Part shown: piece after piece, positions 1-10,315 of the stretch
How the letters are laid out: every line of letters starts with the position of its first letter
How positions within the stretch are numbered: position 1 is the first letter of the stretch
Origin: Salisapilia sapeloensis CBS 127946
Taxonomy: Eukaryota > Protista > Oomycota
NCBI GenBank assembly: GCA_023334545.1
Contig: JAADVB010000129.1
Coordinates: forward strand, 1 to 51,191
Direction: 5' to 3'
DNA: 51,191 nucleotides
Position numbers and translations under genes: made by a program
Notes under the pieces: generated by a model
Database searches by the model: none
Told to the model about the DNA's origin: nothing
What the model saw: the letters and a program-made list of their open reading frames with translations, nothing else

Positions 1-2400
1 AGTAGCGGCGACGGAGGCGTGGTCGATCCTAGCACCAGCGCTTCTAGTGTTGGCAGCAGCAGTGGCGTTGGCAGTTCGCCTGTATCTCCGTCGAGCAGTG
101 GTGGCGACGACAGCAATGACAATGGCGACAGTAGCGGCGATCGGAAAGGTGACGACACTGATGGAGGTGGGCAGCACAGCGGTTTGGATAGTTCTGAGGC
201 AGACACGGATGCGACTTCAGGGGATAGTGTTGAAGTTTCCTCTAGTGGTAATAGGGATTACCCGCCACGTTTTATTACGCCTGTCCCCTCTCCATTGAGT
301 AGGGATATGGACGGTTCGGATACGCCTGTGGCTAGTTCGTCCTCTGGTCGTTCTAGCAAGGATGGGTCGAGTAAAGAGAAGGACGATGGGAAGGAAAGTT
401 TCGGCGGCAAATGGGCAGATGATGGAGACAGCGTTGCGGACTCTAGCATGTATATCGATGAAAACATTGGCGGTAGACCATACATGTTAGCCCCCGTCGG
501 CGCACCTTCTCCATCTACAGATAGCTCAAGTTCAAGTGACGAAGACATCGACTCTACACTTTCCTTAACTCCAACGCCTAGTGGTGACAGCGACGACGAT
601 AGGTATCGGCAGCAAGACGTTCTCATGTTTAGTTCTACAAGTGATTCATACGATGGTCGCGGTAGCGTTCGACCAGCGATTCCTGAAGACGACTCAGCTG
701 AAAACATTATTGCTAGTGGTGTTATCCCGAACGAAAATCCAATTGATGATGATTCCCTTCGGACAGTCCGTGACACACCATCAGAAATTCGGTACACGGA
801 CGGCAGTACCGATACGACGTATACAAAGTACAGGCGTGGCGACGACACGAGCGGCTCTAACAAAAGCTACGACGGCACCATTGGCGGCGGTCATCGGGAC
901 AACCCTGCGCCTGGTGCAGATATAGATGTTTCTGCCGGTGCGCAAGAGCTACAGAATGCCATGGGTCTATCCAGTTATGCATTATCCATCGCCTCGGCCA
1001 TCTTGATGATGCTGTTCCATTTGTTGGCACTTAACTCTCCAGCGTGGCTCGTGTCACGCACAGGTGGCGGTGGTTCCTTCTTGTCTGTAAACACTTGGGA
1101 GCTCGTAGCAGTCATGGGGTATTTCCAGCACATCGGCTCAATCGGTATGATGGAGCTGACGAAAGCACCGTACATCGTGCTGGACTTTGTTGATACGTTT
1201 TCATGGACCAACTTTAACCTTCGAACTACGCCTGACGATGAAAGTGCGGTGCGTCGACTGGATACAGTCATCCTCACGGGCGTCGTGTCCTATGCCGATC
1301 GGATTAATATCGAGGAAGACAGGCTCTTGGTCTACACCATGCGCTTTTTCCTCGCCGTCATGGGCACTGTCCTCGCTCTGTTCTTCATCAGCTTCATCCT
1401 CCAGCGTTACAAGCTTCGTAAGGCGCAATCCAACTCGTACTCGTATGCAGCACGAACAAGGAAGAGCTACGCGCTGTGTTTCTTAGGACTCGGGATCGCG
1501 ATCTGGCTCATCAGTGTCTTCCCCCTGTCAGTAGTCTCTGTCTACGAGATCCGGATGGAGGTTGAGTATAAGGTCACAGGTCAAATCGCCATCGCGATCA
1601 TCGCGCTGGTGGGTGTCATCATGGGTGTTTCCGCACTTCTCTTCTACCGCGTCCATCGCATCGCCAAACCCGTCACGTTCGACTTCTTCAACGTCGCGCT
1701 CTTCGGAACGTTGTACGTCAACTTCAAGGCGAGTTTCCGCTACTTTTTCCTCCCGCTTGTCATCTACTACACTGTCAGTGGAGCTCTAGTGGGTGGCATC
1801 CAGCACGTCCCAGACCAACTCGTCTCCATGTTCGTTCTCAATGGACTCATGCTGCTCATCCTCGTCATGCTGCGACCTGGCATTGATATGGTAGCAACCG
1901 TTTGTCTGTCGGTCTTGAGCGTCCTCAAAGTCGTGAACCTCGGTCTTTGCTTCGTCTTCATGACCACCAGCGAGGCGTCGAGAGCGACGCGCAAAGGTGC
2001 TGCCTATGCCTTAGTCACGCTCAACTTTATCGTGATCTTCCTCCTCTTCGTCCGGCACATTGTCATGTTTATCGTCATGCTCATTCGTTGGCGGCAGGCC
2101 CAGAAGAGTCAGTTGTGGGAAGACGAAAGCGGTCAAGGTAATTTCGAAGCCTCTGCATGTGCCGAAAAAAGCAAAACGACGTGTCGGAGCTTTTCGGAAG
2201 ACGATTTCGAGCGCCAGTCTTCAGTAGAGGAATGTCGAGTTCTACAACAGAGCGAAGACAAGTCAGCGTCCGGACGTCCGGACGGGAGTAGGGACACTGG
2301 AAGGTATGTGGACGGCGATTACAGCGACTACGGGACCAGTAGTTTCCAGTCCAGTGCTGACCTGGCGTTTCCAGACTATGATAGCCGAAAGGGTAGCTAG
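1..2400 (+). CDS. Multi-pass membrane protein of the TRP-like (fungal FLC/PKD2-type) family with a long Ser/Asp/Gly-rich N-terminal stalk; 5'-truncated by the window edge
   Basis: Frame is open from base 1 (AGT AGC GGC GAC GGA GGC) to TAG at 2398-2400. About 300 aa of low-complexity S/D/G sequence, then NTWELVAVMGYFQHIGSIGMM and many hydrophobic helices typical of oomycete TRP-like proteins. Confidence 0.65.
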   Translation, partial: SSGDGGVVDPSTSASSVGSSSGVGSSPVSPSSSGGDDSNDNGDSSGDRKGDDTDGGGQHSGLDSSEADTDATSGDSVEVSSSGNRDYPPRFITPVPSPLSRDMDGSDTPVASSSSGRSSKDGSSKEKDDGKESFGGKWADDGDSVADSSMYIDENIGGRPYMLAPVGAPSPSTDSSSSSDEDIDSTLSLTPTPSGDSDDDRYRQQDVLMFSSTSDSYDGRGSVRPAIPEDDSAENIIASGVIPNENPIDDDSLRTVRDTPSEIRYTDGSTDTTYTKYRRGDDTSGSNKSYDGTIGGGHRDNPAPGADIDVSAGAQELQNAMGLSSYALSIASAILMMLFHLLALNSPAWLVSRTGGGGSFLSVNTWELVAVMGYFQHIGSIGMMELTKAPYIVLDFVDTFSWTNFNLRTTPDDESAVRRLDTVILTGVVSYADRINIEEDRLLVYTMRFFLAVMGTVLALFFISFILQRYKLRKAQSNSYSYAARTRKSYALCFLGLGIAIWLISVFPLSVVSVYEIRMEVEYKVTGQIAIAIIALVGVIMGVSALLFYRVHRIAKPVTFDFFNVALFGTLYVNFKASFRYFFLPLVIYYTVSGALVGGIQHVPDQLVSMFVLNGLMLLILVMLRPGIDMVATVCLSVLSVLKVVNLGLCFVFMTTSEASRATRKGAAYALVTLNFIVIFLLFVRHIVMFIVMLIRWRQAQKSQLWEDESGQGNFEASACAEKSKTTCRSFSEDDFERQSSVEECRVLQQSEDKSASGRPDGSRDTGRYVDGDYSDYGTSSFQSSADLAFPDYDSRKGS

Positions 2401-2633
2401 CAAGAGTAATTACAAGCTCCAGCGATAGATGATCACGAGGTGCGACGTACATGTGCATGGTCACATTTACTTTAATAAGACTGAGAATATTTTCATTTTT
2501 AAATATCTACTTGTATCTCCCTCGTGATAAAACTAAGTTTTAATAGTACGTGAAGAAAGAAATGATTAAGATGTGTTGTAACCAAGTACGATTCTCTTTC
2601 TGCATTGTATTGGAGTAGCAAGTATATCACGCT

Positions 2634-3242
2634 TTAATGGTTCTCCGCTTGCTCCACACATCGCTTGAGTGGCTCGAGTCCTGGACACAGTTGCTTTGCA
2701 AGAGCTTGCAACGCTCCGATCGAAGCGTCCGGCGACGCGATCAGCGTTAATACGAGCGGGAGGTCGTTCGCATGGACGAACACGACGTTCTCGAAGAACG
2801 CTGTCGCGCTCTTGACTGCTCCAAATTTTAGCTTTCCCACCTAGACAATATCCTCTCTCGTGTTACTTGTGTCGATTGGATTCGAATGGAAAAGCATTCA
2901 TCTACCTGTTCGGCGGCACCTGCAAAGATGGTTGGGAAGACCGTTTCGGCGTACTCGTACGCCAGTTCATCCTCATCATCATCCAGCACTGCCTTGAGCA
3001 ACGGCACTCCTTCCGAAGTGCACACTAAGATCGCCTGGAGTCCATCGAAGCTATCGAGCAAGCGTGAGACCGACGAGGGCATTTATACATCATAGGGAGA
3101 GTGTTTCGTACCGATGCAGCACTTCCTCCAACTTTCTCGTGACCAGAGGACTCTAGAGGCGAGATAACACATACATAAACACGATCGAAGAGGAGATAGA
3201 GGGAGAAGAAGAGGTCCGTACGAGCTCTGCCGCCGTCGCCAT
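2634..3242 (-). CDS. LAMTOR3: Ragulator complex subunit LAMTOR3 (MP1), 4 exons, 137 aa
   Basis: Hand-spliced exons 3242-3222, 3152-3112, 3050-2906, 2840-2634 with GT-AG introns of 69, 61 and 65 nt. Product MATAAELSPLVTRKLEEVLHRFDGLQAILVCTSEGVPLLK...VGKLKFGAVKSATAFFENVVFVHANDLPLVLTLIA fits the roadblock/MP1 pattern. Confidence 0.85.
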
Positions 3243-3438
3243 CTTTTACTAGTTTAACGGTGCGTTCCACAATGTAAAGACACGTGCATATACTATTGCT
3301 GTAAAACTGGGTCCATTTTATCAAGACGCTAGCTACGAAGGAGCTGTCGGGTGCGACTTGTCTTCCGCGGCAGCATGCACTTAGCGTCCTTCGAGATGCA
3401 TTCATCTTGGTCTACTAGTGCGTCAAGCTACAACAAGT

Positions 3439-3927
3439 CTAGAGCTTCCGGATCGCCTCCTCTTCCTCGTGCTCCAGTCGCACCGCTTCCTTGATCGCCT
3501 TGGACTCGGCGTTCACCCACTCGCGCTCAATGTCGTCGTACTCCTCTGGCGGCGCAAACTCGATGCCACGAAGCTGGGCGAATTTGCTCAAGAAGCGGTG
3601 ACGCTCGACGTGCTCGTACTTGTCTTGCAGCATATTGTACGCGTCTTGCTCCGGCACGCCGTTCTCGATGAGCGTCAGCTGCTCGTCGGCGAACTCGTAC
3701 GCGGTCTCGTGGTCGACGATGTCGTCTCGATGGCGAAGATAAATCTCGGCCAGTCGGTCCTGTGGGAATCGGATGACCGGGATCTTCTCTCGGTCCTGTC
3801 GAGGCACCGGCGGAGGCGGGAACCTATCGACTAGAGGCATCCAGCCAGGTTTACGCATTCCGCCATTGCGCACGAGGCCTCGCACCTCGCGCATGACATC
3901 CACCGTCCTCTTCCGAGCTCTGCCCAT
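3439..3927 (-). CDS. MRPS23: Mitochondrial ribosomal protein mS23 (MRPS23/Rsm25-like)
   Basis: 162 aa ORF. N-terminal VRGLVRNGGMRKPGWMPLVDRFPPPP and IRFPQDRL match the mS23 family pattern (LxxxGxxxxPxW...PP...I.FPED). Confidence 0.7.
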   Translation of the reverse strand: MGRARKRTVDVMREVRGLVRNGGMRKPGWMPLVDRFPPPPVPRQDREKIPVIRFPQDRLAEIYLRHRDDIVDHETAYEFADEQLTLIENGVPEQDAYNMLQDKYEHVERHRFLSKFAQLRGIEFAPPEEYDDIEREWVNAESKAIKEAVRLEHEEEEAIRKL

Positions 3928-4036
3928 GACGCTTTTTACTGGTTTTCGTGTCGAGTGGCACTTTATCTCTTACGCGAAAGAAAAGAAAAGAATTATTTCA
4001 TTTGGTACGACATGGATTAAATAGCTCGACATCTAG

Positions 4037-4654
4037 TCACGTCGGGACGAACCAGCCCCAGTCGGCGTTGTCGTCCTTGTCTTCATTCGACTGGGCGTCT
4101 TGTGTGCGGGCGTTGGAAGGAGAGCTTTCGTGATCTTCAAGCTCTTCTTGATGGGGTGGAAAGAGGTGGGGCATGTGGGAATCTTCCTCATGCAGCATGT
4201 GCAGACGCGAGAAGAGGGAGCTCGCGTGGGATCGGAGTCCAGGGGAGCTGCCGACGGAAGAACCGGGTGTGGTGTCTGTCGTGGCCGCACTGGAGCTCGT
4301 TTGCGTCAGTTGGTCGGTCGAGCCGTGGACGTGGACATTCGCGAGTCCGAGCTGGATGAAGGACACGGAGCGCGCGATCTCGTCCTGTGTCGGAGGGGAT
4401 TGGCGTGTCTGTTCTTGAGCGTCTTGGTCTTGAACAAGTAGCTCCTCTTGCTCAAGGTTGTCATAGTACCTAGCAAGCGAGAGGCTGGTGAGTCCGACGA
4501 CGACACCAGCAGCCACGGTCGGATTCTCACGTAGCCACTTGACGCCTTCACGTACTTCGTCTTGCGAGGGGACATAGGTCGAGGAGCTAAGTTTGGATAG
4601 GAGTTGGTCCATGGTACCGCCGGATGCATTCTGACGTGAGTCCTCGGTATCCAT
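4037..4654 (-). CDS. Hypothetical single-pass membrane protein (about 205 aa), head-to-head with the ubiquitin gene
   Basis: Open frame 4037-4804; most likely ATG at 4654 (MDTEDSRQ...). One hydrophobic stretch ([17 protein letters not shown]) and an acidic C-terminus ending [12 protein letters not shown]. Confidence 0.6.
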   Translation of the reverse strand: MDTEDSRQNASGGTMDQLLSKLSSSTYVPSQDEVREGVKWLRENPTVAAGVVVGLTSLSLARYYDNLEQEELLVQDQDAQEQTRQSPPTQDEIARSVSFIQLGLANVHVHGSTDQLTQTSSSAATTDTTPGSSVGSSPGLRSHASSLFSRLHMLHEEDSHMPHLFPPHQEELEDHESSPSNARTQDAQSNEDKDDNADWGWFVPT

Positions 4655-4737
4655 GGTCTCGACTGCGAGCCTGACGCCGCTCCCGTCGATTGGGTTCCGA
4701 TGTCGATGCGACGCTTGAAGATCTCTGTCGAGTATGA

Positions 4738-5223
<486 letters not shown>

Positions 5224-5498
5224 ATGCTCCTTTTAGCATACAATACACCAGGTCTTTCCTGTTTCCCCAATTGTCGCTTCCATTCGCTCTCTATTCGATA
5301 CATTTCTACCAAGACATCGTCATTGGACATTGCTGCCTAGATGAGCACGTTACTGGGCATTGCTACGTAGATAAATTCATCATTGGACATCGGTAGAAGG
5401 AAGAGCTGATCATTGGACATGACATGCAACAATTAATGGAAAAGAAAAAAGAGAGTGACAGCGTCATGGGAACGATGTATTCAGGTACTCGATCGAGC

Positions 5499-6455
5499 TT
5501 AGTTGCCGACGGCCCAGACACGGACGATACCGTCGGTGTAGCCGGCGAAGAGGACGGAGCCGTCCGCAGACCAGGCGAGGGACACACAGTGCGGCGGCTG
5601 CGCGTACTTGCCCTTGGGGAGCTCAATGTCCAACTGGAGGTCGTGGACGACAATCTTGGACTCGAGGTCCCAGATCTTAATGCCGCCCGACGTGGCCGCG
5701 CAGAGCCAGTAACGGTTCGGCGAGAAGGTGAGAGCGTGGATGATGTCGCCGGCGACCAACGAGTAGAGGCGCTTGCCCTCGTTGAGGTCCCATAGGTTGG
5801 CGACACCGTCCTTGCCTCCGGAGGCGCAGATGCTTCCATCCGGGGACACGGTGACCGTGTTCAAGTAGCCTTCGTGGCCGAAGAGGTTGGTGCGGAGCTT
5901 GCAGTTGGTCAAGTTCCAGATCTTGACAACACGGTCCCATCCGCACGAGACGATCAACGGGTTGGCCGTCGACGGCGAGAAGCGGACGCACGACGCCCAC
6001 TCCGTGTGGCCGTCCTCGGTGATCGTGTACTTGCACTCTCCGAGGGTGTTCCAGAGCTTGATGGACTTGTCACGGGAAGCCGAGACGATCTGACGGTTGT
6101 CGGCGCTGAAGGCGACGGACAGCACGTCCTTGTTGTGGCCGACGAAGCGGCGGGTCGTGACACCCGTGTTCAGGTCCCACAGACGGAGGGTCGAGTCCCA
6201 CGAACCGGAGAGCGCAAACTGACCATCAGACGAGATGACGACGTCCTGGACGTAGTGCGAGTGGCCCATAAGGCGGCGACGGGCGAAGCCGTAGCTCTCG
6301 CCGTCCTGCGTCAGCTGCCAGACGAGCAGGCTCTTGTCACGCGAGGCCGTGACGAGCAAGTTCGGGTTCTCGCGCGTGGTCGCGAGGGACGTGACCATCT
6401 TGCCATTGTGGCCGTCGAGTTCGCCGCGAAGGTAAATGTTCGTGTTATCCGCCAT
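5499..6455 (-). CDS. RACK1: RACK1, WD40 40S-associated scaffold
   Basis: 318 aa with seven WD repeats, including [32 protein letters not shown] and [33 protein letters not shown]. Confidence 0.98.
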   Translation of the reverse strand: MADNTNIYLRGELDGHNGKMVTSLATTRENPNLLVTASRDKSLLVWQLTQDGESYGFARRRLMGHSHYVQDVVISSDGQFALSGSWDSTLRLWDLNTGVTTRRFVGHNKDVLSVAFSADNRQIVSASRDKSIKLWNTLGECKYTITEDGHTEWASCVRFSPSTANPLIVSCGWDRVVKIWNLTNCKLRTNLFGHEGYLNTVTVSPDGSICASGGKDGVANLWDLNEGKRLYSLVAGDIIHALTFSPNRYWLCAATSGGIKIWDLESKIVVHDLQLDIELPKGKYAQPPHCVSLAWSADGSVLFAGYTDGIVRVWAVGN

Positions 6456-6606
6456 GAGTGCTGTCTACTAAGGATATCCCTAAATGGTGCTGGAAGGTGC
6501 CTCGGCTCCAGTCTTTTTCTTACTCTGGATTGGATGATAATATACGAATAAAACCCAATGAAATGCGAGGAGTGAAAGACAGGAGTTTGTGACCAGGAAA
6601 GTGAGG

Positions 6607-6921
6607 ATGACGTTCTACCGGTTTGGCCAGCGCTTTGTCAAGTCACGCACGGTCCAGCGTGCGGTGAATCGAGCACGGAATAGTCGAACTGTGGCGGATA
6701 TTGAACGTACGATTCAGGGAAAGAAATCGGGCTTTGGAAGCACGGTAGGACTTGGATCAAGTGACACAAGGTGGAGTACTTACAGGACTTGTATTAACGC
6801 TTGGGCTAAATAGGTGAGCCGGACAGTTGCAGGCACTGTACCATCGATTCTGGACTCTGGTCTAGTGTTCCACTCTGCTGAATTCCTCTACTTTGACGAA
6901 GACGACGAAGACGGAACGTGA
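6607..6921 (+). CDS. Two-exon hypothetical small protein (81 aa), basic N-terminus and acidic C-terminus
   Basis: Exons 6607-6744 and 6814-6921, intron GTAGGA...GCTAAATAG (69 nt). Spliced product MTFYRFGQRFVKSR...GFGSTVSRTVAGTVPSILDSGLVFHSAEFLYFDEDDEDGT. Confidence 0.6.
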
Positions 6922-7096
6922 GTCTAGCATTTCCATTCTACCTCGAGCAACTTGGCACTCACTCACGCGCAGTTGACACGACTTGTCTGCATCGGATGTA
7001 TAGATAACCGAGGATGCTGCTGGACCGCCCGAAAGAAAATAAAATAGACTTTTCTTTTGTCGTTCATTCTATCTTTTCTTTCTTCCTGCCAAGACC

Positions 7097-7348
7097 ATGA
7101 CGCCACAAGTGAGCGAGCACTTCCCGCGTGTGCCCAAGGGCTGTGAGACCGTCTCCGAGACATTTTTCAAGTGCTTCTACGAGCACGGTAAACAGGCTAA
7201 AGACACGCCGGACGCCGACATTGGCAACCGCGCGCTCGAGACGTGCAGCAAGTCGCTCGAAGCGTACAACGCATGTGTGGATAGCGCGGCGACAAAAGCG
7301 CCCAAACAGGCTGTACGTGCGCCGGAAGCCTACCGTAAGCGATCCTAA
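7097..7348 (+). CDS. Twin CX9C (CHCH-type) mitochondrial intermembrane-space protein
   Basis: 83 aa with C-ETVSETFFK-C and C-SKSLEAYNA-C, two exact CX9C motifs. Confidence 0.75.
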   Translation: MTPQVSEHFPRVPKGCETVSETFFKCFYEHGKQAKDTPDADIGNRALETCSKSLEAYNACVDSAATKAPKQAVRAPEAYRKRS

Positions 7349-7424
7349 ATAGAACGAAACGAAATGATAGTCGGAAGAACGGCATATTTGATTTCTTCAG
7401 CAAGCATGCATCGTTCCAATGCCT

Positions 7425-8027
7425 CTACTGCGTGTCCTTCTCCCAGTCGAGGTTGGCAATCTCCTCGTCGATCTCGTCGTGGACTTCCGGGTACATGGCC
7501 GTCATCTCCTCCATCTTGGTGTCGTACGTCGTGCGCGTCTCTTCCATGAGCCCCACGAGCTCCTTGAGCTCTTCAATGCGGTTCTTGGAGTCCTCCACCT
7601 TTTCGTTCAGCTGGGCAAAGAGCTGGTCGATCGTCTCCTTTTCGTTCACACGAACGTCTTCGTCGGCCTGCTTGGCGAACTGGTCCAGCTCTTCCGGCGA
7701 AATCGTCGGGAACTCGATGCTCTTGTAGTTGGACTAGTACAAAGCATGAATACCGTCACACGAGACATATAATAGTACAAAACAAACCTCCATGGCGTCC
7801 ACGAGCTCCTTGTTCTTAATGACCGAGCGGTAGTAGTCAAAGTCGATCGGCTCCGGCTCCTGGATGTACTGGCGGGCCTCTCCCTGGAGCTCACCGTGGA
7901 CGTTTCGGAGGCTTTCGAGCGCGGCGCGAGCACGCGGGTCCGTTAGCTTGGTGGCCATGGCATCCCAGTCCGTCGCACGCTGCGCGAGTGCTCGACGCAC
8001 AACCTGTTGCCTCAATTTGCTCAGCAT
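7425..8027 (-). CDS. ATP5PD: Mitochondrial ATP synthase subunit d
   Basis: Exons 8027-7788 and 7733-7425, 54 nt intron GTTTGT...TACTAG. Motifs DWDAMATKL, PEPIDFDYYRSVIKNKELVDAME and MYPEVHDEIDEEI. Confidence 0.9.
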
Positions 8028-8172
8028 CGTATCTCGTTTCTCCTTTTGTCCTCAGCCGCCCATTTCCACGGCTCAATTTATAAACTGTATCTCGTAAACT
8101 TATAAATTATATAAACCCATTTTTTAGGACGAACCTGTCCAAATGCATTAAGGAGTACTCGTAACTAGGACC

Positions 8173-8430
8173 ATGAGCTTCCAACCGCCGAATATGGAGA
8201 CTGGCTTTGAGAAGATGAAGAGACGGATGAGAGAAGAGCCGTTGGTACCACTCGGATGTCTTGCCACGGCGGTGGTGCTTGTGGGTGGACTCCGGTCGTT
8301 CGTTCGAGCGTCGGATCCACGGACGCAGCAGCGGTTCATGCGCGCGCGTGTGGTGGCGCAAGGTGCGACGGTCGTGGCACTGGCGTTCGGGTCAGTGTTA
8401 ACGCTCAAGGATGATGGAGAGAAAAAGTAA
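8173..8430 (+). CDS. HIG1-domain (Rcf1/HIGD-like) respiratory supercomplex factor
   Basis: 85 aa: EEPLVPLGCLATAVVLVGGL...QQRFMRARVVAQGATVVAL, the HIG_1_N pattern. Confidence 0.92.
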   Translation: MSFQPPNMETGFEKMKRRMREEPLVPLGCLATAVVLVGGLRSFVRASDPRTQQRFMRARVVAQGATVVALAFGSVLTLKDDGEKK

Positions 8431-8487
8431 AGCGGGAATACAATATACGCTCTTCTATTTGGTCTTTCGCTACGGACGCCTCGAGCC

Positions 8488-9638
8488 TAGGCGAGGAAGA
8501 ACATGAAGAAGATTAAAAAGACAAACAGGATGGCGGCGACTTTGAGTGCTAGCATCCGGTTGTTCGATAGACTCGTAAAGTACTTGATCAGTTCGTTCTC
8601 GCCAGACGCGACGTTCCCGACCGTGTCTTCCACATTGTCGTCGATCCTAGTAGACTATTAGCTACCTCCTGCTACTGGACAAGAGGAGTCTTACCGTCGG
8701 ACGAGGTCGCCTTGTTCGTGAATGAGCGTCGAGAGGCGGCCGAAGAGCTGACCGATGTCCACGATGTGGCTCTCGATCTGGTTCACGGCATCCGCGCGGC
8801 TCTGCGTATAGTCCTGCTGCTCGGCCACGAGCTGTTCCTGTGTCCTTGTGTTGATAAGAGGCGCCTTGACCTCTTCTCGGTCATCAGCCTGGACGCCGTC
8901 GGGGCGAGGAAGCGCCGCCTGACCGCTCGTCTGGTGGCCAAAGGCGAGCGGTTTGCCCAGCGCACTCGACTGCGTTCGACCGTATCGCGCCTTTCGACTC
9001 TGCTGGAGCTTGAGGTTGGACTGCCGTACCTCTAGGATGTCCTTGAAGCCCTGTGCAGTTGACATGACGTCGGATTTCATGGCCGAGACGACTGCTTCCG
9101 AGTGATGTGCAGCCTGCTGCGACTGATGCTCGGATCGTTTGCTGTTCGTGTACTCCTATCTGGAGTTTTAATAATAAGGTTTTTGATTGTATTAAAGGAG
9201 ACGTGCCTGGAGATTATCTAGTTGGTGGTTTATATCTGTAATGTCTTTCTTCATGAGCGCCGCGAGCTCATTGATCTGGTCCGTCGGATCATTAAACATG
9301 TTATTCTGTCGCACGACTGTCGATAGGACCACGTTGAGCTACACGTAGAGGGGAATATGCATGAGATAATACGTTGTGTGAGCTGCTGTAGACGTTTGGA
9401 CGCCTGGTAGACTTCTTTGGAAATGTCGGATGCAGCGGCATTGAACTCTTTATTCTCCTGTACAGACGATCGCACTTCCCTCGGCGCCACCTTCGCCTGC
9501 TTCTGCTTTTACACTCAATATTTACATACATACACTTTTCCTATACGAGGTAGAGCCTACCAAAGGTGCATTCGAGGTACGTTGTGGCGTCTGACGCGCA
9601 CACAAGGCCTGGAACTCCTTCGTCCGGTCCTCTGTCAT
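8488..9638 (-). CDS. STX5: Syntaxin-5 / Sed5 Golgi Qa-SNARE, 5 exons
   Basis: N-terminal MTEDRTKEF (Sly1-binding RDRTxEF motif), MFNDPTDQINEL, SNARE motif RADAVNQIESHIVDIGQLFGRLSTLIHEQGDLVRRIDDNVED, C-terminal TM ending FLIFFMFFLA. Introns 9560-9506/9503, from 9372, 9206-9156 (GC donor) and 8694-8647. Confidence 0.93.
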
Positions 9639-9663
9639 ATTCGTGTTCTGAGTTTGGTTTTTC

Positions 9664-9739
9664 CTACTTCACTCGTCTACTTCAGCTACTTTTAAAACTC
9701 ACTTTACTCGACTACTTTGACTACTTTTTAAAGCTACTT
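9664..9739 (+). repeat. Cluster of six CTACTT hexamers in the STX5/MRPL49 bidirectional promoter
   Basis: CTACTT at 9664, 9677, 9686, 9712, 9721 and 9734. Confidence 0.8.
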
Positions 9740-9776
9740 CATCCACTCTGACCAGCTAGGGCAGAAAACCATTGGT

Positions 9777-10253
9777 ATGGCGATGCGAAGTGGAGTCGTG
9801 CGTCTAGCGGAGGCTGGCCGCGTCGCGAGTAACCGGCAGCTACGTCGTCGAGCTCGGCACCCGGCCCGCCATCGCGCGATGGTCAAGGATCAGGAAGCGA
9901 ATCCGGTTGTGGCGGACGCGACGCCACTCAAGTACGAGCCGACGTACGAGCCTCCGCAAGTGAGCTTTAATGGCTGGTCGCCTGCTCCATCGGAGCCTGT
10001 ACGCACGGACCTGCCGTTCCAGGTGAAGCGCACGGCCCTAGGTCAGCAATTGCCCGTGTACCGGGACTTTCGCAACGGCCGGACGCGCGTGCTGACGCAG
10101 CTCCGTCGGTTCCGTGGCGACGAAAGCGAGCTCGCGAGTGAGATGAGCAAGGTGTGTCATGGTGCAGAGGTGATGCAGCGTCCAGGTCGGTTGGAAGTCG
10201 TCGGGGACTACGCGTCGGACGTTCGCAAGTGGCTCGTCGGCCTTGGCTTTTAG
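9777..10253 (+). CDS. MRPL49: Mitochondrial ribosomal protein mL49 (Img2)
   Basis: LPFQVKRTALGQQLPVYRDFRNGRTRVLTQLRRFRGD...RLEVVGDYASDVRKWLVGLGF matches the Img2 domain. Confidence 0.9.
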   Translation: MAMRSGVVRLAEAGRVASNRQLRRRARHPARHRAMVKDQEANPVVADATPLKYEPTYEPPQVSFNGWSPAPSEPVRTDLPFQVKRTALGQQLPVYRDFRNGRTRVLTQLRRFRGDESELASEMSKVCHGAEVMQRPGRLEVVGDYASDVRKWLVGLGF

Positions 10254-10315
10254 ACGCTTAGACGAAACGAACACGAATACAGCGACCAGCGTCTCTTTTT
10301 TTCTTTCTCTTGTCA

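Noticed and set aside
2828-3082. ORF-track start MPSSVSRLL as the LAMTOR3 N-terminus
   Set aside because: That ATG lies in a well-formed 61 nt intron; the upstream micro-exons give a better family-like N-terminus.
5363-6551. Long antisense or alternate-frame ORFs over RACK1 (and similarly over UBA52, BTF3, hisG, RPL19, NDH2 and the carrier gene)
   Set aside because: Expected shadow of strong C/G third-position codon bias in highly expressed genes; the products have no recognisable motifs.
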